This document shows positions 18,591-33,902 of a stretch of 64,000 nt of DNA, one piece after another. Within the stretch, counting starts at the first letter, position 1. Each line of letters opens with the position of its first letter. The notes under the pieces were generated by a model. That model was not told where the DNA came from, searched no databases, and worked only from the letters and a program-made list of their open reading frames with translations. The position numbers and the translations under genes are program-made. The stretch is from the human T2T-CHM13v2.0 reference genome, Homo sapiens. The stretch lies in assembly GCF_009914755.1 (NCBI RefSeq), contig NC_060947.1, one strand, 5' to 3'.

Positions 18591-19436
18591 ATTGTTGAAG
18601 GCTTGTATTGGTCCAATTCCTATGGATAACAAAGAAACTAGGAATAGGATTTACCTTCAAGGTTTTTGGGAATTTCTCACCACTGGCCTATAGTCTCATT
18701 AAAAATCTACTACTTTTTAAACCTTTTAAAAATAAATGCAATATTTACCTTGTTGCTTTGTATACCACCTGCACACCAGTGTTACTGGTCAGTGGGGCAG
18801 CACTACTACATTCCGAGTATCACTTGGTAACATGAGAGAATTCAAGAGGAAATGTATAGCAAGGACAAAATCCTAGGAAAAGTCTAGCATTTATGAAGAA
18901 AGAAGAGAATGAATAGAGGCATATTACAATCAGGAATAGACTTACTAATAAAATTTCAAGAAGAATGGGAGTAAATAGTATTAAATGCCATGGAGTGCTC
19001 AAGCCAGTTAAGTATTGAGCCAGTGAAACTATTGAAACCATGTAATTGTTGAAAAGTAGGTTTTTGATAGCCTTAGTAACAACATTTTCTGAGAAATAGT
19101 GGAGAAAAATCAGAACATAGTAGAAAAACAGATGAGTCTGTGTTGAGAAAGTAAAGAGAGTAGCTTAGACTGTCCTGAAAAGTTTTTGTTAGTGTTGAGA
19201 AAGAAGTGAGTTACAGGTTAAAATAGAGGACACACACATGCATACAAAAAAATTAATAGCTTTGTGTAAAATCTCTCAATAATGCAATAATAGACCAGGT
19301 AAATACAACATAAATAATGATGTTACCAATAATGTAATTTTGGAATTTTTGGAATTGACATAAGCTTTCATGGAGATTTTTATATGATAAATGAAAAAGT
19401 AACATACGCAAAAGCCTCTATTCAAATTAATGACTT

Positions 19437-19952
<516 letters not shown>

Positions 19953-21229
19953 TTATAGACATAATAAATGGTAGATAATGACATCAGTAACCACAAAGTC
20001 AAATTATACAGCAATACTTCATGTAATTTTGATTCCAAATAAATCCATATTAGTAAAAGAAAGCCAGGAGCATTGTAATAGCTTTTGTAAATTAGCCACC
20101 AAGGTAGTCAATTTACAGTTGTATTTAATAGACTAGTGAACAGAAGGGTTTTGAGAGTGGGAATGATTACAATGCTGTTGCATAAATTGGAGCTTTAGGA
20201 AAGCACTGAAGGAAATGGTGTCCAGTTAATCATTAAGATATTCTTCACGTGCATATGAAGAATAATTTGGGAAAACTTGACATTCAGATAAGACTGAATA
20301 TAATTGGGTTAAACTGCAATAATACATACATGTTCTCTATTTTCTTGCTATTATCATAATGTACTTTTAAGGAAGAGGCAGATATTGTAACTGAAAATCA
20401 TGGATACAGTAAAGCCATTTCAGTTCTTTGTTACAGTTGTTTCCTATGAGAAGAACATGAGAAATGATCTTATAGTATTGACAGAAAAGGAGTGTTGACA
20501 GCTGACTGTTGCAAAGCCTCCAGTGTAATTATTCCACCTCCCCTACGGCCAGGGATCAGTGTTTTTCATATGACCCATACTTCTGAAAATAATGAATTTC
20601 AAAATGTCTGTTCCATGTACACAGTTGTTGACATACACAAATATTTAGCTATCTAGTTCTAGAATCCCCTTGGTGTTTCATCCATCTGAAACTGAGAAAA
20701 GAGAGCAGAGTCAGTAACAGATAAGCCCTCGTTGCTGTTTTATTTATGTATTTGTTTATTTATTTATTTATTTATTTCTGTACTGCTGCATCTAGGGATG
20801 CCTTCCACTGGATGCCTCTGTGTCAACTGCAGCTCTTTCAGGCAATACTATGAGACAAGATTAACTGAATTTCAAATGTATGAGACTCCACTCACAGAAA
20901 GGGTGTTCTATTCATACTGAATCTTTCTATAAAAATGCAAAAGTTGGATCTGGAGAACAGAAAAAGGAAGAGAGCTGCATTCACAGTAGGATAAGGAGAT
21001 TAAATAGGAAGAGTTATGTGATTTATCTCTTTTATGAGGTGCTGCTGGAAAGCAGATTAAGCTTTTTAAAAAGTGGTGACCTTGATATAAATTTCATATT
21101 TAGCCAGTGCTGATGGATTTTGAATAATGAAGGGTATGTGCAACAACACTGAGCCTGAGAAGATGCAAGAAATGTAGTGAAGTTGACCATAATCTGAGTG
21201 CTAATACATCACTGCAAACAACAGTAACA

Positions 21230-21400
21230 GGAATAATACCTATTGTGTAGCAGTTTGCCCATTACAAAATACATTCACACCAGGATGCTATTTACTTCTC
21301 ACAATAACTCTATGAGATTAAGTATCCTTAGAATTTGATGATCTGGTGCTGAAGTTCAAGAAAGATGTTACTTGTTCATAGTCACACAACTTGCAAATAA
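21230..21400 (-). mobile_element. MIR (diverged)
   Basis: cttctcacaataactctatgaga...gttacttgttcatagtcacaca. Confidence 0.55.
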
Positions 21401-23236
21401 ATTCCTCTCCCTGTGAAAATATTCTCTTCTTATATTCATTGTCACATTCGGATAAAGATTGGACCCACTTGTATTTTATTTCTAACACTTTTAATCATAC
21501 CTCTAACATAACTCTATGGTATTACATTCTGACAACTGAAATGTAAAGTGTTTTATTTCTGCATTGTCTCTGTTGACATGAATCCTTAATATAATGTCAT
21601 ATTCTGAGCATGTTTATGTTTATAAAAAAATACAAATCATTAGGCCATTTTCTTTTTCCAAAAATGACCGGTTATTGCCGAGTAAAGTTACTAGGTTGCT
21701 GGTATTCAAGCCATTCGTTATTTTAATGAATAATAGGTAATTCAGATTAATGGATTTCCATTCTAGCAAGAAATCTCTAAAAATTACATGGACTTGAACT
21801 GATATTAAAATTGTATATAAAGGAATGGAAAGGAAACCAACTGTGAAATGTGTCCAAATCATATAGAATAAAAAAGTTCCCTTCCCCAAAAACCTAACTC
21901 TGCTTTTAAATTCTACTAATTCACAGTGTAATTCTGCTCTTTCCTTTTTTCCTGTTTTTGGCTTTAGATACATAAATAAGAGGCTTTAATCATAGAAAGG
22001 AAGCTGGAAAAGTACCTTAACTTATTACATTTACCATGTTTGAACACTGTTATTTGTAATATTTGCAAATGTACAACTATATAATTTGTTTATCTTTTTC
22101 TTTTACCTCATGGGAGACTTCTAGGAATTTATATATAATGTGGATTAAACACTTAGACTATTTGTTCCCTAAGCTACTGTATTGGCCAGGACCTAGTCAG
22201 TTAAAGCAAATTCATTCCAGATAGTTCAGTAGAAGAAACTTAACATGGGAAACAGGATATCAATATGCTAGAAGAGCTGAAATGACCCAGAGGTTAGCAA
22301 CATTAGGAAACCACTACCACCCCTATATATGAAGGGACAAAGAGAAGAAGGAAGTCATGTTACCAGAACCCAGAAACTGAAAGGATAGATCCCCTCTTGT
22401 AAAAATTCATCACCAATGCCATTTGTGAGGAGAAACTGGGAAATTGAGAAACTACGTATGGGATAAAGTGGTAAACAAGGCAGATAAGACTCCCTCATGC
22501 ATGACTCTTACAATGTTATGGAGGAGAAAATATATACCAATATAAAGAAAGAAGACAAAGAAAAGATCAGTTAGTGATAACTGAGAGGATAACTATAAAT
22601 ATAAAACTGAGTGTATGAAAAAATTATGAGATTTATTCTTGTGGATTATTTTTGCATTAATTTAATTTTTGAATATTGCATTGAAATATTATCTATCTTA
22701 ACTAGTGAGTTTATGGCACCCCCTCATTCAACTCATGCTAGTTCCATTGGGGTAAGCCCATGATGTTTCAAAGGACTTTCAGCTATTTTGCTTGAGCAAT
22801 TCGGTGGATGGTGTAGTATATGTCACAAATAAATGAAGCAACTTTTTAAGATTTCAAAAAGGCATAATAAATAGACATTTGAATATATAAATCTAGAATT
22901 CAGAGCTGGAGATACAAATAAAGGAGACACAACATAGAAATGGAATTTAGAGTGAGAGGGTTAAATGAGATTACATAGAGGGCAATGAAATGAGATAATG
23001 CATTAAGTCTTTTTGAAATGATGGCTTAAATGAAATATAATTCATATATCATATAATTCACCCATTTAAAGTGTACCATTCTAATTTTTTTTAACTGTGG
23101 TAAAATACCACACAATTGACCCTTTGAATCATTTTTAAGTATAAAACTAGTGGCAGTAATTACATTCAGAGTGTTGTGCAACCATCACCACTATCTATTT
23201 CCGAAATTTTCCATCATCCAAAATAGAAATTATTTA

Positions 23237-23545
<309 letters not shown>

Positions 23546-24099
23546 TTACCCATGAAACACTAACTTTCCATTCCTTCCTCCCACCAGCTCCTGGTAACCT
23601 CTACTCTACTTTCTGTGTCTATGAATTTACTTATCCTAGGGACCTCGAATAAGTTTAATCATACAATATTTATCCTTTTGTGACTGACTGATTTCACTTA
23701 GCCTAATGTTCTCAGGTTTCATCCATGTTGTATCGTGTATCAGAATGTCATTGCTTTTTAAGTCTGAATAACATTCCTATTGTATGCATATACCACACTT
23801 TTTAATCTTTTCATTTGTTGATGGACATTTGAATTGTTTCCACCTTTTGGGTGTTGCTGCTATGAATATTGGTGTACAAATATCTGTTTGAGTCCCTTTT
23901 TTCAATTATTTTGTGTGAATACCTAGGAGAGGTGTTGTTGGATATTCTATATTTAACATTTTGAGGAACTGCGAAACTGTTTTCTACAGTGACTGCACCA
24001 ATTTACATTCTACCAGTAATACACAAGGGTTCTAATTTCTCCACTCCTTGCCAATACTTGTTGTCCAACCCCCAACACACTTTTTAAAAATTTTTTTTA

Positions 24100-24392
24100 A
24101 TTATTGTCTTTTGAGACGGAGTCTCACTCTGTTTCTCAGGCTGGAGTACAGTAGCACGATCTCAGCTCACTGCAACCTCCGCCTCCTGGGTTCAAGCAAT
24201 TCTCTGCCTCAGCCTCCTGAGTAGCTGGGATTACAGGCGCCCACCACCAAACCTGGTTAATTTTTGTATTTTTAGTAGAGACGGGGATTTCACCGTCTTG
24301 GCCAGGCTGGTCTTGAACTCCTGACCTCGTGATCCACCTGCCTTGGCCTCCCAAAGTGCTGGGATTACAGATGTGAGCCACCGTTCCTGGCC
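24100..24392 (-). mobile_element. AluS
   Basis: Full dimer. Confidence 0.95.
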
Positions 24393-24489
24393 TACACTTT
24401 TTATTTTTTGATAATACCCATCCCAGTGTTTGAGGTGGTATTGAAAGGTAAAGCTTTCTATACAATATTTCTTCCTTCCCCAGTTTGCC

Positions 24490-24608
24490 TCTCAATAGGA
24501 TATAAACTCCATAAAATCAAGTACTCTGTTTATTCACTGCTTTATCCCCAGCCAGGCCACGCATATAGCCATTGCTCAATACATGTGTTGTATTGACTGA
24601 GTGAATGA
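24490..24608 (+). mobile_element. L2 3' end
   Basis: tataaactccat...ttcactgctttatcccca...gctcaata...gaatga. Confidence 0.65.
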
Positions 24609-24907
24609 TTTTTTTTTTTTTTTTTTGAGACAGGGTCTCATTCTTTCACCAGGCTGGAGGGCAGTGGTGTGATCTTGTCTCACTGCAACCTCTGCTTCCA
24701 AGGCTCAGGTGATCCTCCCACCTCAGCCTCCCCAGTATCTGGGACTACAGGCACACACCACCACGTCTGGCTAATTTTTCTATTTTTTGTAGAAGTGGAG
24801 TTTTGCCATGTTGCCCAGGCTGGTCTTGAACTCCTGGGCTCAAGTGATCTGCCAACCTGAGCCTCCCAAAGTGCTGGGATTAGAGGCATGAGCCACCCTG
24901 CCCAGCC
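24609..24907 (-). mobile_element. AluJ
   Basis: TSD gtgaatga. Confidence 0.93.
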
Positions 24908-25774
24908 GTGAATGAATTTTAAATGCTCAGTAAGTGAGAGTTGTATTCAATTCTTTAATAAATAATATCATATATTTAGTCTTATATTACATTGCATCGC
25001 CATTGCTGGGCTTAGTGTTTTCTTTTTGTTTTATTTTGTTCTTATGAAACAACATCCTTTTTGAATTGGAAATTTAAGGAAAGATATGCTGCATATACAT
25101 AGAATGAAATTATTTCAAACCATGACAGGGGAAGAGGAGATGAACACGGGATGAAAGAGTTGAAAAATATGAAATTAGGAAGTGGTGAAGAAAGTCAAGT
25201 AAAATCTCATGTCCTGCCTTCAAATTAGAGCATCAAGCAGGTGCTATGAACATGTAATTTGAGGGAAGTGCCTGTGATTCTCTTCTTCAGGGAGCACTTC
25301 TGGTTTGCGTTTTCATTTTCTCTAGACCTTTTATAGATGAAGAATATCTTGTTTTTCCAGATGCAGATAGTCTGTTATGTTCTGTCTGTGTCTGCAGAGT
25401 ATGGACCCATTTCTAAATGTGCTGAGTTCAAAGATGTCACTTTTTATACGAAACTCTGATCATGAGTTTTGGTAAATATTATGACCACCTTAGAAAAAGC
25501 TGCCTTTGTAAAGCTTGGAGAACAAAAAGTGATGTGCAACTTACCCAAATGTGACTCACACATTTATCTTCCCTATCCCTTGTCTTTCACATCGAGAATG
25601 TCAACTATGGTTAGAAGAAGGCCTGTTGTGTGTAGGATGAAATAAGAAGATCATCAGGTGATTGTGTGTAGCTTTTCAGTGCAGAGTATCTTTACAACTC
25701 TATGTCAATTTTTTGCCGGGCATGGAAGACACATCTGTTTGCCGTATATGCTATCAAGGAATATGTGTTATTTA

Positions 25775-26092
<318 letters not shown>

Positions 26093-26439
26093 TCAAAACC
26101 CCAGAAAATGAAAGATGGCAAAAAAGTAGTATGGTTGAGTTTAGGTGGGAGTTGTTTAGAAAGGTTAAGCCAAAAAAAAAAAAAAAAAAAAAAGCAATCA
26201 GAACTTTGTAGCTATTAGCTAATAGTTCATTCATTTATTCATGTAATATATTGAGAGTACCTCCTAAATGCCTGGTACTGTACTAGGCACTTAAGGAGAT
26301 CATTAGGCCTTTGAAGTCTTTAGCCTCAACAGGTCATCAGTGAACAAATTCCTGTAATGAATTACCATCCATGTGTCAACAGAAACTGAAATGTTCAGAA
26401 AAGGAGAAAGAGTTTAAGAGATTAAAAAAAATATATATA

Positions 26440-27012
26440 TATTCCTGGTCCCTCAAAAAGTTAAACCATATGACCCAGCAATTCAAATTCTAGATATATA
26501 CCGAAAAGAATTAAAAGCAGGGACTTAAATATTTGTTCATGCATGTTCATAGCAGCATTATTCACAATAGCTAAAATGTGAAAACAAACCCAAATGTCCA
26601 ATAAGCTTATGATTGGATACATGGAATGTGATATATCATACAATGGGCTAATGTTCAGCCAAAAGAAAGGAATGAAGTACTGATGCATACTACAGCGTGG
26701 ATGAACCTTGAAAACATTATGCTAAGTAAAAGAAGCCAGATACAAAAGGCTACATTTATATGATGACATTTATATGAAATATCCAGAATAAGCAGATCCA
26801 TAGAGACAGAAAGCAGATGGGTGGTTTCCAGTTATTGTAGGGAGAGAGGAAAGAAGAATAATTGCTAATGGGTACTAGCTTTTCTAGTCTTAGAACTAGA
26901 TAGAGGTGATCATTCCAAATCATTATCAATGTATTAAATGCCACTTAATTATAAACTTTAAAATAGTTAATGGTTCATTTTATGTTGTGTGAATTTTACC
27001 TCAGTTAAAAAA
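26440..27012 (+). mobile_element. L1MB 3' end
   Basis: ccatatgacccagcaattc...gatgaaccttgaaaacattatgctaagt...gaattttacctca. Confidence 0.85.
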
Positions 27013-27138
27013 ATGTGTGTCTAAGAATTCAAACAGCATACAGCTTACTTCTTTATTTTACATATTATGAGAAGCATACATATTAATAGTGGATGTAGCA
27101 AAATGAGGATAAATACTGTAATTAAAAATTGTGATTGT

Positions 27139-27488
<350 letters not shown>

Positions 27489-28956
27489 TTATATGTAATG
27501 TATGTAATCTTGAACCCATGTCCTGGGCCTCAGTTTCCCTCAGTGACATGGTTTTTACTTCTTCTCCCTCTTATCTTTTCCCTTACTCTTGGAATCTACA
27601 GAGGTGAAGTTTGAAAGTGTTCATGTCCAAGAATAACTCAGACAGAGAAATACTGGACTAGAATTGTATATGCCTAGGCCTTCTCAATTCTAGTATTCCA
27701 GGAATAATAGGTTAGAAAAATAAAAATAGGAAAATTATATTGATCACTTTCTACTAAAAAAGAGAAGACAATTATCTTGAATTTACAGTTAGCAAAAGAC
27801 TGTAGGTGGAGTTCAATTCACCAGTTCAACAAAATGTTTAAAAAAGAATTTCAAATGAGAAGGCAGTAAACTGGCATTTTTAGGTTTTAAGCATCTGCTC
27901 AATGGTCTCATTCTAATCTTTTCACCAAGGGCTGATTTCAACCAGGGTTAAATCAATAGGCCCTCCAGAGCTCTTCTGAAAAGAAAAACTAATCCAAACA
28001 AATCTCTCATTTAGTATTAGTAGCTACAAACATACTGTGTTTAAGAAAGATAAGATATAAGAGAGGGACACATGCATAGCTTCAGGCATTACCATAAAGA
28101 CTGACAGAACAATAAAAAAGGAAGAAAATGGAAGGCTTTAAGATTAGAAATAAACTTTCAAAGTATATTTAAGGTTTAACAAACTCTAAGATGCTCTTTC
28201 CACAATCTAACCTTGACACTTTTTGATTCCTAACACTTTATGTTTACAACTAATGATTAGACACGATGGTCAAATTTCTGGTTGAGAAGCTGCCTTCCAG
28301 ACAGTTCACTTCTGCTTGAGTCTGTAGTAACTGAACCTTCAGATCTGCTGCCACTCTGTGCTGGTTTTCAGTGCCAAAGGCTTATGACACTTGAAAAATA
28401 TTATGTGCCTTCATTCTTACAAAAAGGAAAGCTCATGACTTGAAAAATGACCAGTGAATGTTAGAGTAGACCATATAAAACACAGAGGCATAGAACAACT
28501 TAATCCTTTTAAAAAGTTAATCAAATCCCTGGCTTTCTTACACACTACTTCATGAAGTAGGAAAAGATTGCCAAACATTATGAAAATGGTATTTCCCTTA
28601 GGGACTTGAGGATTAGCAGAATATACAGGTCATGTGTTTAGTGATCCTATTAGAGGATACATTTTACAATCATGTCACTGGTAATTCTGCTAGAGTAAGA
28701 GAGAGATACCAAACACTACACATTATCGTACATAGGGCATGTGATTACAGAATAATTAAAACTGTGCTACATTAAGGTATCACATAAATGGTTTTTAATA
28801 TCCTTTGTCAGTGAATCAGTGATATACAAAATTTCCCTTTCCACACATATTTTCCTTTTTTACCTTCTGCCTGCACTACCCAAATTTCTGCACTTTGATC
28901 TATAGTTATGCAATGTAGTCATCCTTTTAAAAATGAATTTTAAAATCTCTGATAGC

Positions 28957-29253
28957 GGCCAGGCACAGTGGCTCATGCCTGTAATCCCAGCACTTTGGGA
29001 GGCTGAGGCAGGTAGATCAACTGAGATCAGGAGTTTGAGACCAGCCTGACCAACATGGTGAAACCCTGTCTCTACAAAAAATACAAAAATTAGCCTGGCG
29101 TGGTAGCATGTGCCTGTAATCTCAGCTATTCCGGAGGCTGAGGCTGGAGAATCGCTTGAACCCGGGAGGTGGAGGTTTCAGTGAGCTGAGATTGCACCAT
29201 TGCACTCCAGCCTGGGCAACAAGAGCGAAATTCCATCTCAAAAAAAAAAAAAA
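28957..29253 (+). mobile_element. AluS
   Basis: TSD aaaatctctgatagc. Confidence 0.95.
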
Positions 29254-29600
29254 ATCTCTGATAGCTCCCATGCATATCAACTCTGAATTGTCTTCTATTT
29301 CAAAGTACAACAGTACTGAGAAACCTGTGGAGGAGTTCAGGGTGCTGCTGTACTGACTTCTGGAAACTGTATGGAAGTAATTATTTTGAATTTATTTTTG
29401 TGTCATATATCGATTACTTGTGTTCAAAAATATTTGGGAATTCCCAATATTTTCACTGAATCAGATTTTTTTTTTCTTCTTTGTAAGGCGGGACTCAAAG
29501 CCAGTGCTTCAGAAGTAAATGCTTTTATATAGTAGAAAAATATGAAGAAAACATAGTATTTCAGGTCATTTGCTCCCTTATATCACTTATCAGATTTTGG

Positions 29601-29712
29601 GGACTTTAAGGACCTAAATTTTCAAAAAAATCAAGTTAGATCATGGATTTTTTTGAAAACTTGGGTCATTAAAGTCCTGAAGAAAATTTGAAAATTTAAG
29701 TCCTTAACGTCC
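29601..29712. repeat. Inverted repeat (32-bp arms, 13-nt loop) plus a tandem copy of the right arm
   Basis: Arm 29601-29632 vs 29646-29677 has 3 mismatches. A third copy lies at 29687-29712. Confidence 0.9.
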
Positions 29713-29889
29713 AGAAGACGTTTATTTTAGACTGTAAAGTAAAGTAAAACCAAGGGTTAAGGGTAGGTAACTTTCTTTTGTTTTAAACAATGGTATGTCT
29801 ATATCTATATCTATTATCATCTATAGGTATATAGCGTCTATGTGTGCTAACCCAGCACCAATTGCCTCCCCTAGCTTATAGAAGAGACC

Positions 29890-30015
29890 AGTGAATTAGA
29901 AGTAGGAGATGTGAGTTCTAACCCCATTTCTACCACTAATTAGATAATAGAATTCGAAAAACTCATTGACTTCTTTCAGCATTGGGTCCCTTTGCTGTAA
30001 CATGAAGACATTGAA
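29890..30015 (+). mobile_element. MIR fragment
   Basis: gagttctaaccccatttctaccactaa...ctgtaacatgaaga. Confidence 0.55.
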
Positions 30016-31196
30016 AGAAGTAACTTTATGTTAGTTGTTTCTCCAATATGTTGTGTGTGTACCTGGTGTGGACCTCACGGTCACCCTTGCCAGAGACAAC
30101 TAGATTTTTTTTTTAAGTCTATACTAATATTCTTTCCTCACTAGAAAGGATAGTGGGGTGTTTACTCTCAGTTGTAAATAACTCTGTTTTCTCTGCCTGT
30201 ATGCATGTCCTGTCTCTCTAGCCATTTTATAAATACTGAAACCAGTAATCATGATTTAAGTTTTTGTGTAGACTGCAGCTCATCTGTTATAAACAATAAA
30301 AGCTGAGTAAATATGTGCTAATGGTTTTACCATAAGTCCTGTAGGAGCATTCTCTTTACCCCATTTACCCCATTCCACGTTATTTCCCTGACAGCAGAGA
30401 ACCATAGCAGTTATGTCGCGAGTTTGATGATGGTGGAATGTACTCTTTGCTTTGAGAGTGTGTAAATTCCCCTCAGGGGTGTCATATGTTTATTAATGTG
30501 TCACAAGTTGCTTGCTTCCTGTTAGCTCTTCTCAGTAAATAGGACTATAGCATTCGTTGGATACTACTTTATTTTTAGCTTTTTAAATCACCTCCTGATG
30601 AACAGAAACAGTAAACAAGTATTAAACATCGAAAGTAATTTGAAAATAGTGCCATCCTGGAGAGTCTGGAGTTCCAGACATTACCAGACACTCATCTCAC
30701 AGAGCTGAAGGAGAAGTTAGGAAAATAAGAATACCTAAGTGATGCTCCTCTGGAGCCACTTTCTGAAGATTAGGGGACATTTGTATTTAAAGAAGAGAAA
30801 GAGGTGATGGCTGTGGTAGGGAGTCCATATTTAATTCAACTTTAGTCATTCTTATTCAACCCACTCATATATTTCAAATGAAAAGTATAAGGACTTATCT
30901 GGATTTTTAAGCTTCACACTAATTAGACACCAAAGAACTGAAGGCCTCATCATGGTAGTATTTTCTAATTTGTTAAACAAACACTGTGCGACTGTACTGC
31001 AAAATGGAAGTATAAAGAAACTGGGAATGAAGGAGGCGGTGCCGATAATAAGATCTAACGCTTACTGAGTGTTCTAAGCTCTTTATGAGTTTTATTGTAT
31101 TCGTTTCCCACAGCAGCCTATGGAGTCTTTGGTATTACTTTCACCTTATCCTAATAAGGAAATGAAAGCCAAAGGAGCCAAGTAACTTTCCCTAGT

Positions 31197-31485
31197 TTTC
31201 TGTTTTTTGAGATGGAGTCTCGCTCTGTCGCCCAGGCTTGCAGTCTCGCGATCTCGGCTCACTGCAAGCTCCGCCTCCCGGGTTCACGCCATTCTCGTGC
31301 CTCAGCCTCTCGAGTAGCTGGGACTACAGGCGCCCGCCACCACGCCCGGCTAATTTCTTGTATTTTCAGTGGAGACGGGGTTTCCCCATGTTAGCCAGGA
31401 TGGTCTCGATCTCCTGACCTCGTGATCCGCCCGCCTCGGCCTCCCAAAGTGCTGGGATTACAGGCTTGAGCCACCGCGCCCTGCC
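31197..31485 (-). mobile_element. AluY inserted in a MIR (~31050-31590)
   Basis: CpG-rich, TSD aactttccctagtt. Confidence 0.95.
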
Positions 31486-32049
31486 AACTTTCCCTAGTTC
31501 TCAAAAATAATGAGTGATTGAGCTTGAATGAGTGATTGAGATTGAACCCATGAGGTTGGGCTTTGGAGTCTTGCTCTTCACTTGACCCTGCCTCTCTCTC
31601 TCTCTCTCTGTATATGAATGTCTCGTATTCCATACAAAGAGATATAGTACAACAGACAAACAAAAGTAATCAATAGTTTGAGGAGAAAGGAAACCTAAGA
31701 CTCTTGTGTCTAAACGATTTATGTGGAAGTTTCAAAATTATGATGCACAGATTTACTTTCCTTAAAAGGCCTTTCTGTTTTTGTTTTTGTTTTTTTTTTT
31801 AATTCTGTGTTCTACAAATCTGTATCCTTCCAAAACCTAAGCATTTTCTGAAAGCATATTTGAATGTGCCCTAAAATAGTTAATAGGTTAATGTAGATAA
31901 TTTTTTTCTGAAAAAATAATCTTATAATGAGCCTAGAAAGAGCATGCTCCAGTCAGCCCTGGAGTAAAATTAATAAATAATGCATGAGCAGTATTGCTGG
32001 CAAACCCAAAGAGGGATATCTTTTTCACTTGGGTGTGAAGCTCAAGCTA

Positions 32050-32790
32050 AAACTTAACACACTCTTTTCTCTCAAAGCTGTTTCTTTTTCAGTGTTTTTT
32101 ATGCTGAAAGATTGACTCTACCTTTCATATACTCAACTGAGAAAAATTCTTGATCATCTTGGATGCCTCTCTCTTTCCTTTGCTTCCTCACTGTTACATT
32201 GATTCAGTGTCTTAAGTATATTTTGAACATGATCCCTCTTTTCTGTCCCAATGTGTATTGCTTTCATTGGGGCTGCCATTTGTTTCTGAGTGAATGCAGT
32301 TGCTTTCTAATTTGCCTCATTGCATTTATTCTTCCTTACAGTCAAATCCATTTTTCTCATTATAATCAGAAAAACCTTTCTAAGATCCAAATTTCATCAT
32401 TCCTTAACATAAAGTTTAAACTCTTTGAAGTGGCTTATGTGACTTTCAGTCTTGCTTCTGTGCATTTGTCCAGTCTCAAGTCCTTTATACTCCAGTCACT
32501 CCACATTATTTGCAATTACTTAAACACAGTAAGTTGTTTTATGCCTTCCAGGCTTTGTGCAAACCGTTACCTCAGATAACCCTTCTTAAAATTGCCAAAT
32601 TCTTATTCAGTCTCTAAGATAGTTCAGGTATCATCATTTATGGAGCCTTCTTGTTTCTTTCTTTGATACCACTGTGGTAGTTCATATCTCTTTGTAGTAA
32701 TTATCATATTGAATTTCAGCTGTTTATTTGCCTATCTCTTTCCCTGGATTGTGAGGGCCTGAGGACAGGGAATATGCCTTATTCTAGCAA
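32050..32790 (+). mobile_element. L2 fragments (highly diverged)
   Basis: Pyrimidine-rich L2-like sequence ending ctggattgtgagggcctgaggacaggga. Confidence 0.55.
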
Positions 32791-33761
32791 AATTCCTGAA
32801 CACACACGCTCAGGACTTTTTTCAAGCTTCTGATTACCTTTGTTTAATGGCTAATTATTTCACCTATTAAGTATCTTTCATCTAATTGTAGGCTAGGTAT
32901 TATAGGAAGCTAGAGATGTCTACATTCAATAAAGAACCATCTAATTTTGTGGAAATATTCTTTGTTACCAGATATAAAGCCTAATAACCTACCTATCTAT
33001 TTTCTGGACATTCTCACTGTGTCATATTAGCATTCAACAAAAGCAAGAATCTAAATAAGGGAGCTGCTTAAATGTCAAAGCATTAGCTGAATAAGGAGGA
33101 GGACTTAAGAGATGTTGTGCATGTGTACAGACACAAAGAGGAACCAGCAGTATCACGGAGCACCTATGACAGGCCAAGCAGATTTCTATCCAGTATCCTT
33201 TTTAATGCTCAGACAAGTGCTGGCTCTCCCATGAGTCCCACCTGAGACTCAAAGGAGTTAAATAAATTGCCCAGTTTTGTAGAGATGGTAAGCAGTGAGA
33301 CTCAAATACAGGAATTTGATGGCCATGTACATGAATAAGCAGTTGGGCACTTATTTACCAAATGGGAAGTTCTAAAGCAAACTTTGAATTCAATATTTTA
33401 TTCCTCTCTTTCTTCTCATTAGCCAGCACCATGCCTGACACATGATCAGTGTTCATTGAATGTCCTGAGACTTAAAAAGCAAGTAGAAGTAGTGCAATTT
33501 ACCCAAAAAACTTCATTTGGTCTCAACCCTTCCAAAAGATCTCTGCACAGGATTTATAGCCTCACTTATTCCAAGTTATAAACTTGATTTATGTACCAGG
33601 AAGAAAAAAGAGATGCTTATTTAATGACCCAATTCTGTAGAATCTGTCTATCAGGATGGGGTTGTTCTTATGTAACACAGTAGAATGCTTAGCTCTGACA
33701 ACCTGGACTCTAGGTTCCAACCCAAGTAGATATGGGTCGATAAAGATAGTAACTTTGCAAT

Positions 33762-33902
33762 ACTTTTATCCAAGAATGTGTTCTGCCCAGACTCAGTAAC
33801 TACTCGTCTTAGCAAGACAACCAATAGTGTAACTTTTATCCAAGAATGTGTTCTGCCCAGACTCAGTAACTACTCGTCTTAGCAAGACAACCAATAGTGT
33901 AA
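33762..33902. repeat. Perfect 2 x 70-bp tandem duplication
   Basis: acttttatccaagaatgtg...ccaatagtgta is repeated identically at 33762-33831 and 33832-33901. Confidence 0.97.

Noticed and set aside
33762-33902. CRISPR-like or satellite array
   Set aside because: Only two adjacent copies with no spacers, in eukaryotic DNA.
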